Below are positions 25,205-36,900 of a stretch of 54,736 nt of DNA, in pieces. Below the pieces are notes generated by a model. It saw only the letters and a list, made by a program, of their open reading frames with translations, searched no databases and was not told the DNA's origin. The stretch's first letter is position 1. Every line of letters starts with the position of its first letter. The DNA comes from Stylophora pistillata (Eukaryota): assembly GCF_002571385.2 (NCBI RefSeq), contig NW_019217842.1:852020-906755 (forward strand). The letters run 5' to 3'. The translations under genes were made by a program, and so were the position numbers.

Positions 25205-25679
25205 TGTAGTGTTTGTTCCTATTGGATAGAGACCTAAATAAATAATAAATAATTTAGCAATGGACATTCCACTGGGTGGCTCTTCTTGTCCACTGTTTCC
25301 AGATCGAATTGGAATTTGGAATGTTGGTTTTTGCGTAGAGAGGAAAACCAGAGGACCCGGAGAAAAACCCTCGGAGGAAGGACGAGAACCAACAACAAAC
25401 TCAACCCACAGGGTACGCCAGGTCCGGGAATCGAACCCGGGCCACAGTGGTGGGAGGCTAGTGCTCTCACTACTGCGCCATCCCTGCTCCCCTGCGCCAT
25501 TTCTGCTCCCCTATTACATAATCGGAATTCTATTGGTTAGCACACCTTTAACCGCAGTCACGTGATTATTCACATATTTATCATTGAAAATTAAGTTCCA
25601 TGAGTATTCTATTAAAGTAGTCGTGTAGAGCACTTGTTCTGTGCACGCGTTAAAGCATACCTCGAACCCTAACATTCAA
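25205..25679 (+). repeat. LTR copy 2, interrupted by a SINE
   Basis: Starts with TGTAGT immediately after the polypurine tract aagtgtggggggaa and is homologous to LTR copy 1. Confidence 0.8.
25234..25492 (-). mobile_element. tRNA-derived SINE with a V-SINE-like core
   Basis: The minus strand has a tRNA head with A box TGGCGCAGTAGT and B box GGTTCGATTCC, a core GGGTTTTTCTCCGGGTCCTCTGGTTTTCCTCTC, and a (TTTA/TTA)n tail. Confidence 0.85.
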
Positions 25680-28600
25680 CCCCAGTTCGGAAGACTGTCA
25701 CGCATACTGCGAACTTTTCGAACAATACGTGATCGTGATACGTGATCGCGAACGAAATTACCTACTAATTTCACAAGTCTTCGTTTAGTTATACTTACTT
25801 CCTGTCACTAGCAGATGGTCTGATCCCGGATCTTCTTTGAATCGAAAAATTCATGGATACCGTGACATGAAAGAAAAAAAAAAAAATTAAAGGATGCTGA
25901 TTGAACGAATATATTTCCGGAAACTTACAGCAGTGTTGTAAATACCCGGTATCATTTCATCTGGTTCTCGATAAAGAAATCTGAAACTAATATACCTCCA
26001 GCACGTATAATGTGCTTGCATCCTCTTTCTCGTTAAAATAAGATAAAACAACCATGTATTTGGCTACATATCCTTAGAACAAAGACTTCCTGGGGCAAAA
26101 GTCACTCTCTCTGGAGCTTTCTCTTAACTCAATAAAACTGTTCTAAACAAGTCGTTCATATTTGGATCGAGTTCAAACACAACCTTAAACTGATCCTAAT
26201 ACTTTGTGCTCGAAATCAAAACGTAATCTGCGATGACTTATTTTTCCTAAAACGTTATAAATCTAGGAACATTTGTAAGGACGTTTGTGGAGCGACTTCT
26301 CCAACTTGACAGTTAATTCAACTAGCGTACTTTGGTCCGATTCGGCTAATGAAAAGTCAGTTGGCTTTTAACCCGCGACCAATAGCATTGACCCTGAGTT
26401 AAAAATCACCGACTGTTCCGTTAAATGTAATAATAGATATGCCGTTATTCTAAAGTTACACAAAAAACTTAATTAGATTGACTGATCTTGCCGGAAAGTT
26501 CGATTATTAAGAAAATATCTCTATTGATGCAGCCGTTGGGTTTGTAAATTTCAAGCTCTTTAAGAATACTAGGAATGGCTGTAACCTCTTTTGAGCTGGG
26601 AACCTCGGAAGGAAACTTCTACGACAGATGTTATTCTAGTTTGATTATCTCAGTTGCGTCATTATCTTTTGACGAGAGGCATGTAAGTGGGATGGTATTA
26701 TTAAACTTGCCAAAGTGTTCCGGCTCTGAAGGGCCCAGTAATTGTTGTCGGTGCTTTTCATCCATTCTCCCGTCAGAATACGTGACGTGTTTTAAAATAA
26801 CAGAAAGAACTGCTTCACGTCAAGCGGATATTTATCTCACCATTTCTTCGTTTTACCTCCAAATTTTACTTTTTTTTAACCCCCCTGTCATCTGTATCTG
26901 AAGCTATGGCGTCTCTGTGTTGTAAATTTAACACATTTCTGATCGGTCACCAAGGATAACATATTTACAGAAAAGAAGTCCATGGTAGCACACGAAAGAA
27001 GACAGTGCTTTCATTGCATATGTAAAGCGCATATTACAGTGACGTTTATAAACTTGGTGCATGGTGTATTTACTTTTTGTTGTCATCCAAGCATGTTTCC
27101 TTTTTTTCGAATTAAGAAAAAAAAGGAGGAAGCAAGATTTCTAATTCCCTATTGATGCCGTAAATTGAGCCATGAAATGGTGATTTCTGATCGCAAAATT
27201 TATACATTTATAGCTTTCCCTTCCGTTTCCAACCGTACCATTTACTTTAGAACCAAATATTGTACTGTCGGCTGTCCAATAAGAATCGCTTCTCATCGCA
27301 AGATTGGAACGTTTGTTTGTACTTATGCCGTTTACGATAATGGAAAACACGGCGCGAATTACTATTTTAATCTCCAACTCTCGAGAATTTGATTAATATA
27401 ACCCTGATAACTAGCTTATATTGATTTAGTTTACATCATTTTCCTTTACTCCGGAGAGAAGCAAACTCAGATGCCACGGCGCCGAAATGTAAGTTGATCT
27501 CTGTTTAAACGTCAAAAGAGGCCTGACAGTGTGTAAGTAATCCTGAAATTGTCACAACAGAAAGGTGACGAAGCGGAACATCATCCTCGTGATCCACTAC
27601 TTTGAACTGACCGATAAAGCTCTTTGTTCCAGTCTGTTTTCTTCCACTGAGGTGAGAAAGATAGTATCATTAGTTTCCAGGGAATGATGAATAAAGCATT
27701 TGCTTCTAGAGCCGCTTCACACGGCAGTTGGATTTCGGCAAATGAAAAAATTAAACGTGTCACTCGACCCGGCGTACTGAGTTTTCTACGAGTTCAGCCG
27801 TTTTAGATAAAATGGTTCCAGGGCGTAGGTTTATAACGTGAGATGAATTGACGAAGTTTCCGCAGTATATCTCAAACTTACTCTTCAGGAACAGCTCTCT
27901 AATTCAAGTAAAAAAAATATCTGTGTACAGGGCTTATTTCAATTAGCTTTCATTTATTTCAAGATGAAGATACGCTGTTGAAATGGTCTATCACGACGTA
28001 GATCAGTTGAACGTTTCCGTGCAATGCCTCAGTCACGTTTCGATATCGGATATTGATATAAACTAGTCCTGACTCAACAAGATGGTGGAGCAAAATTAAA
28101 GAAACGTTAAAGGAGGCCGGCAATCAAAAATATTGCAAAGCAGATTTTTCTAGCATTTAACGCTAAGATTTGGCTCGACACAAGTATTGCCATGAAAGAG
28201 AAAATCGAGAGGAAGTTGTTCATGCTGAAAATAATTTGTGTGAGGTCAGATTCTAGAGATAAGCCTTTGAGATGCACTTCCTGTTGGGTTTTTTCATAGT
28301 TAATCGAGGGGAGCAAAATGGAGAGGACAATACCATTTCAGGCATTAATTTTGGCGAACCTTTGTTGTTCCTTATCAGCTTATCGCTGATAGCAAGTCTA
28401 TGTAATGCTTTAAATTTTCTGCTACTTTATTTAGGAAGCTATTTAGTTAAGATTGTTAAGGCCGTGAAGTAGTGTTATTGCCATCTCTTTTCTGAGAAGA
28501 AGATCCAAAGCAGTGCTCTTGAGGTGATTTATCAGTGTGTTTTTTTTGTTTTGTTTTTATCATTTTCATTTCAATTCCTTTTCTTTTCGTATTTTTTTTC

Positions 28601-29755
28601 CAATTTTTCATCCACGCAGTGCGCTCACGCACTTACTGCCAACTTTTATTTTGCTTTGATCAGTCGCACATTTGTTTTGTGTATAGTTCGCCAACTCATT
28701 TTTCAGCAAGTCAAAATGGCCTGTCTCGTCGTTAAAAAAATTCTTTTCCTTATATCTATGTCATACAGACTGCAAATATTTTCAAGCGAAAAGTATTCTA
28801 GATATTTTCGACTAGTGTACCATTTATGATAATGAACTGTGTAATGTAGAAAACGTACTTGTCTCGATGTCAAAGTAATTAATACAGACGTCTACGCTTT
28901 TCCTTTTTCTTGCATTGAAAAGACATTTTGACACATATTTCCTTGATCCTTAATCTCGTAGACAAAAAAAGGAAAATTAGTGAAGAAGATGACGTTGGAA
29001 GAGTTTATATGTGTCAAACCATGTCTGCGCGACAGGTTAATATTCTTTCAAGTCAAAATTGTAAGAGGTATCGTTTGGATAGCACAAAATTATGTACTGG
29101 TTTCAACGGAGAACTAAATCCTTCATCCCAGTTAAAATAGTTTCATATAAAATTTTGATCATAAATGAAACTTGACGAAGACCTTTGACTATCAAAAAAT
29201 TTAATACTATTATCCTAGGTAAAAGACAATCAATTTAAAAATGGTTCGTGTGGAAGATTTTTTGAAACTTCCGAAAGATTCATTGTCGTCGTAAGTGGTT
29301 CATAATTCAATTGTACACATAGATGTATGGAAAAATGATAAAATTTGGCCTAACAGACATGATAAGGGTAGACCACATTAAAACTGCAGTACGAACACTT
29401 TTGGGGGGAATGTCGAGGTTTCAACTTGGATCTTAAATTGAAAACTCAGCAAGCCATTGTGAGTCTGTGATGGAAGGTGGCCAATTCGTTCTTGCCTTAC
29501 CAGGAGTTACACTTGGGCTCTTAATTTCAGCATCAACGATTTTATTCCTAAAAGGTTATAAGCATAATAATGTTACATGGGTAAAGGAACAAGTTAGTTG
29601 CCGGAACCATCCAACCAGATATTTGAACTGTTACTCTGCGGTCTTGGAAAAGTTCACGTTCTATAACTCACGGCGTGATGAAGCTCAATAATTATGCTGC
29701 TTAAAGTACTGTTGTTATTTCATTTGTTATATGTATTTTTTTCTTAGTTAAAGCT

Positions 29756-30910
29756 ATGGCGTCCAACAACACTAGTTCCTGCCCTGACCCTGGGTCAGAT
29801 CTCACTAAAGGAGAAGCAGCAGAGGTCGCTAAAGCAGCTGCATACCTGTGTATTTTCATTCTGTCAACAGTAGGAAACCTTCTCGTGGTGGTGATCATGT
29901 TAAAAGACCACCATCTACGATCGGTCGCTATCAATCAGTTTATTGTGTCTATGGCGATTGCTGACTTGTTGACATCTTTATTTAACATGACGATAGAAAT
30001 CTGGATCCACATCAAATATTCCACAGGACAGCAAGTTTTCTGGTTAGACGGAGCTGGCGGAGTCATTCTATGTAAGACTATTGTATTTGTTCAGGGTCTC
30101 TCCATGGCTTGCTCTGTCCTAACACTTGTCGCCATGGCTGTAAATCGGTATATTGCTGTCTTTTTTCCACTCAAAATGGGCACCACTAAATCTCTGTCTA
30201 CCCTAACTATAGTCATTATTTGGGTGATCTCCACGGTCAGCGCGTCACCAATGTTGTACGCTATGAGAGTTATCGAGAAACCAGATGGCACCTTACACTG
30301 TACCGAGGATTGGACTCCTGCATTTGACGGTGAGAAGTCTCACAGGAACTATACCATCTTTCTGCTAACTATAATGTACGCGTTACCTCTTGTTGCTATC
30401 ACCATGCTGTACACAGCCGTTGTTCGGAAGGTTTGGAGGAGGCAAGTGCCAGGAAACATCACTGCCCCAAATCAGTTGGTGGAGCATGTCACAAAGAAAC
30501 GCGTTCTCAGAATGCTCATCACAATTGTGATCGTCTTTGGACTCTGTTGGCTTCCATACTACACTTACCTGTGTCTGCTCTTTATCCTTCATGGCTGCCC
30601 GCCTGAGTACGTTTCATTCTTAGGTCTTTTCCTCGGTCATGCAAATTCCGCTATTAATCCATGTATTTACGCCATCTTCAAGAAAGAGTGTCGTGTTTCT
30701 CTGAGGGGTGCTAACGGGGCATGCCTTCCCACTATTCATGGAAGTCGCGTACCAATGATGACAACAAATCAGAACACCGTGAGACAGTCCGATTTGGGTT
30801 TCGAAGAGACAACACGAGAACAAGAACGACGAGCCCCTCTGATCCGTGAGATAAAGGAAATGGAGGAGATATCGCGGTCATCCTTAAGGATGTCTCCATT
30901 CAATTCCTAA
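29756..30910 (+). CDS. Class A GPCR, neuropeptide-receptor-like (GPCR-4), 384 aa, single coding exon
   Basis: GN, SMAIAD, C3.25/Q3.32, NRY, CTEDW, W.R.VPG, CWLPYY and NPCIY motifs. Confidence 0.95.
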   Translation: MASNNTSSCPDPGSDLTKGEAAEVAKAAAYLCIFILSTVGNLLVVVIMLKDHHLRSVAINQFIVSMAIADLLTSLFNMTIEIWIHIKYSTGQQVFWLDGAGGVILCKTIVFVQGLSMACSVLTLVAMAVNRYIAVFFPLKMGTTKSLSTLTIVIIWVISTVSASPMLYAMRVIEKPDGTLHCTEDWTPAFDGEKSHRNYTIFLLTIMYALPLVAITMLYTAVVRKVWRRQVPGNITAPNQLVEHVTKKRVLRMLITIVIVFGLCWLPYYTYLCLLFILHGCPPEYVSFLGLFLGHANSAINPCIYAIFKKECRVSLRGANGACLPTIHGSRVPMMTTNQNTVRQSDLGFEETTREQERRAPLIREIKEMEEISRSSLRMSPFNS

Positions 30911-31280
30911 AGCTATTTACAAGTAAAGTTCACGCGTTTACCATACGAGAACAGTTCTTTTCCATTAGAATGTACAAATTAATCATGTATTTACTTAGGA
31001 GAAGGGGACCTGTTCCAGGCAATCAACCTTATTTGAAGAGGAATCTCAAATGGATTGAAATTTGCGACCTCCACGATAATAGAACAATATTTATTTTATT
31101 TATCTGAGCACGAATGGCATCGCGTTATGGAGTCTTTTACTCGGGTCCTGTCAACAATCTATCACGGGTCCCAGCGAGAAATGAAATTTCAATTCAATAT
31201 CGAAAAAAAGAATAAAAAGACAAACATGTATTTCTGGTTGTTTAATAAAAAGGTAGTCTATGGAAATAATACGCCTTTAA

Positions 31281-33994
31281 GAGCGACTTTCTGTAAATAC
31301 CACGGATAGGTGTGCAAGATGGAAAAATTGAAATCTCCCAAACTTTGTCACATTAAAGCCCTTATGAAACTATTTTAGAAAATACAAGATTCAGTTTCTT
31401 GTGATTAATATTTTCCAAACAAATGTTTTTTTGAATTTTCACTTCCGAGAGGCCCTTAAACCACCGAAAAATGTGCTTCGCATCCTCGCGTGGTGAATAG
31501 AAACGGAATCAAGTACCATGAATACCATGAGTACCATGAATACCATGACTATTACTATATAAGATGATTTTATGACCCTTCCTTTGTAAGAAAACGTTGT
31601 GGTAATTTCAAAATATTCCAATCTGAATTTCTTATTTTTTTTTCAAAATCGCCCTCTAAAACAGTTTCATCGCGACTATCAATTTTGCCATTTTTCAACG
31701 GTAAAAAAACCCTTCCTGGTACATGGCTTTTGTTGTGTAAATGCTATTCCAGAGAAAGTGCAATCTTTCTTCTTTCAGTATATGAAATAAAATTTTGGGG
31801 CAATTCAAACAGCAAGTTTTAAGAACTGAAAACATCAACGGTACTTGCGTAAAATTTATAACTTTTGAACTTGCGGTTGAAATGACGAATACAAGTAGTA
31901 CAAGAATGAACTTGGACAGAAGTTAAAATACTTCGAGAATTCGATCCTTTTCCACCAGTTCAAAACCAAGACAAACGATTATGACTTCGTAGTTTCAGTT
32001 ATAATTATCTAAAAGGAAAAGCATTTTTATTGTGCGAAATTGAGCTGTAAACCTCATGACCGGCAACACTTCCCGTACCTGCGTATTTGTTTACTTTGAA
32101 GCCTGGCTTGTAACAGTTATCTAAATATGAAAAGTATTCATCAAAATGTTCGCATTTCGTCTGAAAGAAATCGTACAAGCAAAATGATGGCAGAATAGGA
32201 CAAACACTTACTCACCTCATATACATACATTGTTGAAAAAAGACCAAAATCCCTCAGCTAAACTAGATTGGGTGACATCCTCTTTGACTAGACCCAGGTA
32301 AGGGGGTGGGGTGGGGAGGGAAGGGGGTTTGGCTTTGGCTTGGGCTTGGGTCCAAAGCAGACAAAAACATTCCTTAGTAAATCCCATAATTGCTAAAAGA
32401 ATGCTGTGTAGGCTTTTCGAAAAAAAAAAAAAGACAGCAACAACAAATAAAATCAATCTTGGGACAGGAACCGATCTCCTGTTGGGAATTAAAATAGTGA
32501 CGCTGATTAATCTCAACGCGGCAACCCTCGTGTGTAAAAGGATATGCAGCTTTACAGTAATTTTATTTAGTTATCTCAGATAAAGGAAAATAAACTTTGT
32601 GTCCCGAACATGTGCTTGGTCTCGTCACGGCGCATGCGCTAGACCATTGCGTAAGCTCAGCTAATGTAACATCGTGCAGACAAGAAAACATAGCGCTTAG
32701 GTCTCGGTCCTCTACCTTGTCATCTTAATGTTGTTCACCAGTCTCTTGTAAACTGGATTTTGGCTGATTGACCGCCTGAGATACTTCTGCAAAGTCCCCT
32801 GAGGAAAACTGGCGCTCAAAGCTGAGCGGCTGAGAATAATCTGGAACTAAAAGACCAAATGAAAACGTAATTAAATGACACAGGTGTTTGCTCCGCAAAT
32901 GGATAGTGTTTTTTTGGTTGTTGTTTTTGTTGTTTAGGGTTAATTCACACGAGGGATAAGTAATAGGTGGTAAACTAGACTGTAGAGCATGAGTATAACT
33001 TTAATAAGAGAAAAAGAGTTTATTTTCCCAGTGTGCCTTTCTTGTCCACTGTTTTTCTTTTGTTTTAAAAAATTTTCATGCCGTGGACAAAGCGTGACGG
33101 CAACATAGAACCGTTTACTTAACGGTTTTAAAGCATCGCTATTCTTTAAAAAATCACTTATTGTATGTTTCTTATGGACAAGGTCAAAGTATCATACCAT
33201 GATAAACTACTATGTGAGTGAAGTGTTGTCAAGAGGTTCAATTTACAGCTCAATTTTGCACAATAAAAATGCTTTTCCTTTCAGATAATTATAATTGAAA
33301 CTACGAAGTCATAATCGTTTGTTTAGTTTTTGAACTGATGGAAAAGGATCGAATTCTCGAAGTATTTAAACTGCTGTCCAAGTTCATTCTTGTACCACTT
33401 GTATTCGTCATTGCAACCGCAAGTTCAAAAGTTCTAAATTTCACGCAAGTACCGTTGATGTTTTCAGTTCTCAAAACTTGCTGCTTGAATTGAATTGCCC
33501 CAAAATTTTATTTCATATATTGAAAGAAGAAAGAATTCTCTCTCTCTGGAGTAGCATTTACACGACGAAAGCCATATACCAGGAAGGGTTTTTACCTTTG
33601 AAAAATGGCAAAATTGATTGTCGCGATGAAACTGCTTTAGAGGGCGATTCTGAAAGAAAATTAAAAATTCAGATTGGAATCTTGAAATTACCACAACGTT
33701 TTCATGCCAAGGAAGGGTCATAAAATCATCTTATATCGCAATAGTCATGGTATTCATGGTATTCGATTCCGCTTCTATTCACCGAGCGAGGATGCGAAGC
33801 ACATTTTTCGGTGGTTTAAGGGCCTCTCGGAAGTGAAAATTCAAAAAAATTATTTTTTTGGAAAACATCAATCTCAAGAAACTGAATCTTGTATTTTCTA
33901 AAATAGATTCATAAGGGCTTTAATGTGACAAAGTTTGGGAGATTTCAATTTTTCCATCTTGCACACCTACCCGTGGTTTTACAGAAAATCGCTC
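31281..33994. mobile_element. 2.7-kb non-autonomous DNA transposon with ~780-bp TIRs, Sola3-like
   Basis: 31281-~32073 is the reverse complement of ~33219-33994 (roughly 90% by eye). The termini are GAG...CTC, flanked by TTAA (31277-31280) and TTGA (33995-33998). There is no transposase ORF. Confidence 0.8.
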
Positions 33995-36900
33995 TTGATA
34001 GTCAATCAATACTATTAGAATTAATGCAGACAAAACAGTGAAATTTCCTTCGAAGTCTTCGGGGTTTCTACCACATTTAGCCAAAGATATGCTCAACAAT
34101 AAAACGGGAGAAGTATCGGCAATGGCGTCCCCAAGACATTGAATAAGAAAATCTAGAAATAGCAGATCTTCGCAAAGAAAGAGGCGAATTTTTTAGATCT
34201 AAGTAAAAAACGTCGAGGAAAGGTATAAGCACTGTTCGTTTTCAGCATTGTGTCTCTGACTCGGTTTCCGGGATTATTTTCAACGTAAATGCGTGGACGA
34301 TCGATGATCTGCTTTTTCACATAATAACTTTGAAAAGTCACTGAGTTAGTGATCTTGGGAATCTCTATACAGGACCTGATAACCTCTTTAACTTTCTGGA
34401 ACTAAACCATGTTACGCTGCGTGAAATCAATTCGCCATTATCTTAGTTTTGGAAACTGCTTTCATCGTTGTTTGAATAGGAAGAGCGTTGATAAGAATTT
34501 GCATAATTAGAAGGTTTCAGAAGTGGAGTGCATATCGATCTACCTCGTCCAGCAGAGTCTTTCAGTCTGTGTATCGCTTGATTTCTTCTCTTACCCTCAG
34601 TCTCTATCTTTAATTCCCTGTTTCTTTTTCCGTTCTTTTTTCTTCTTTTTTTTTTTTGGTTGGGGGGGGGGGGGGGGGGGGGGGTGGATCAAACACGTCT
34701 AGATGGGGCAATTTTCAGAACTTTATCAAACGATTAATGCATAATAATTCTTTTCACTACTATATTAAAAAAAAAAAAACCATTGTTGGCAATATTTCTG
34801 ATACTCTTTTGTATTTTTTTCTCACAAGTGGCATGGTTAGTCACCAAACTTATGTTCATCTGATCCGCCCTTCCAACCTGGGTCCATAGAGATCATTTTT
34901 CAACTCATGCTACTAAGTTTCGCAAGCACGTGATCATTCCTTTCGCTAATATCCGTGAGAATCATACGTAAAGACTCATGATTCGCTTTGCAAACGTATC
35001 ATTTTGGAACAGCAATTAGCAAAATTGATGAAATTCTCTGACTCTCGGAGTGACATTGCTTTTCTGACTCTGGCTCGCTTAGTCTGTCTGTCTCCCATGC
35101 AGACAAACAGACGTTTTTTCCTTAACTGTTATAATATTAGTAGGACGGAAAGAGATACTTAAACTCTTCGTTCGAGCTGCAGCACCGTTCCCCTTCTCTT
35201 AATCGTGAGTAGAAATAGGAAATGTGATTATGAGTTTGCGATCAAAATGATTTCTGTTGTACAAAGCCCTTACGCAATTCGCTTCGCACGCACTAAGAAT
35301 CATGCGACAAAGATGACAAGATCTACGAGCCCGTACATCGAAATGTCTTTGCACAACCAATCACGATGTTAGAAAAAAGGCTGAACCCTTACTATTTATT
35401 GAGGCTTTGATTTTTCTTCACGGTAACATCAATCCATTACGTACATTGCTGGTCTTCACATGGGAAAATAAACAATCCTAAAATAAACATCAATTGTTTC
35501 TGAGAACTTCAAATAGTCTTGCAATACATGTACACTTATTTCCATATCTGGCTCATCTGCCTAAAATTCACTTCGTTTTTGGTGGGAGAAAACCGGTTTT
35601 TAATTATTACATCAGTCATCGGTCAATTCAAAAGATATTTTCTCTTAAACATAACACTTTCATCGATAGTAACGACCAATCGAATTATTGCCCCAGTATA
35701 TTTCCAAGCCTCTAAAAAAATAGTTTTCAGCGAAATATATTTTTAGAAGAATGAGTGGGTATGGTTACAGCATAGCAGCACGAAAAAACACGAAAATAAA
35801 TAACTGAAATGTTCCCAATCTAAATATTGGTATATATATATGATTTTAGTAATAATTTCTGCTGTTTCATTTTCCGTGTTTTTGTATTTAATCTTTGTAG
35901 TTTAAGGATGACTGCAAGCTTTAAATAGCGCTGTGATTTATTGCAATTTGTCAAGCCTGCAAACAATTCTTCGCAGCCGTTGAAAAAACTTGTGGTGATT
36001 TTCTTTCAATTATTTACATCAGTCGTTACAGTATTTATTTTCGGAGTACAAAATATAACTTTATTCAATGCGCTTTACTTTGCCAAAATTGACCGCGTTA
36101 AGCGGAAAAATACAATGACTTCTATACATCAGCTCTACTAAACTGATGTGATTTTAATTTGCGGCACTTGCGTGTAGGAAAAACTCGCGAAAGATTTACT
36201 TTGTGCATTGTTACCGCACTACAGTGTACAAATACAGGGATTTTCGTTCATATTACGTATCACATAAAAGTTTGTAATATGGTATAGATGTCCTTAATTG
36301 CTATTTACTTTTTAAGCGAAAATTAATACTGAGGCCATATTTTTTATGCTGCTCATATCTGACAAAGTTACAAAGCTCAAGAACACGAAGAATGAAAGAT
36401 GTACATCAGAAGCTCGTTTAATTGTTATTAAAAGCGGAAAGAAATATATAATTAAGACTTCTTGCCATATTCTTTGGAATCAAATAATAAAGATTTATCT
36501 TATGTCAGGAGGGTTCGGTCCAATGTCAAGAGACTGTCGGAAGAAATATAAATAAATTTTTAGTCCTCTTTAAGCTTATCTTGGTTATAAACGCAGCTGC
36601 TGGGGAAGATTGCAGTTTTTATCTCAAAAGGGGGTCAGGCAATCTTTGCAATGTAATAGGTGTGCACTCAGTGATACAGTACGTGTGAATATAGGCAATA
36701 TAACTTTTCACTTGAAAAGAAATTTTGTTTTATGCTTTTCTCAAAAGTCGCTTGCCAAGCCGTCTCGAGCATAATTTATGTTCTAGCTTTCGACCACTGA
36801 AACAACAAATGTCACCGTGATATAAACCAAGGCAGATAGGTTAACCCAAAGTAAAGGAGCTGAAAAGGTCCTATCAGTTTGCATGGTTTTCAATTTCACA

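Larger units (their letters stand above)
21649..25760 (+). mobile_element. Degenerate Ty3/Gypsy LTR retrotransposon (gag-PR-RT-RNaseH-IN)
   Basis: Gag with a CFRCGEDH knuckle, protease ELDTG, RT motifs (RVCGDYK, RVDDI near 23610), RNase H (YGIGAV, VTDHKPL) and integrase (HSG..WWP..CxxC, HMDFAGPF, SDNG). There are many stops and frameshifts, and a PPT at 25191-25204. Confidence 0.92.

Noticed and set aside
25234-25565. Three overlapping ORFs
   Set aside because: These are translations of the SINE.
26050-27400. Possible decayed DNA-transposon coding sequence
   Set aside because: Some minus-strand fragments look protein-like, but I could not establish any diagnostic motif.
31439-33901. Short paralogous-looking ORFs
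   Set aside because: They are mirror translations of the two long TIR arms, not genes.
34619-34686. Poly-T/poly-G tract and the Gly-rich ORF
   Set aside because: Simple low-complexity sequence prone to sequencing error, with no coding evidence.
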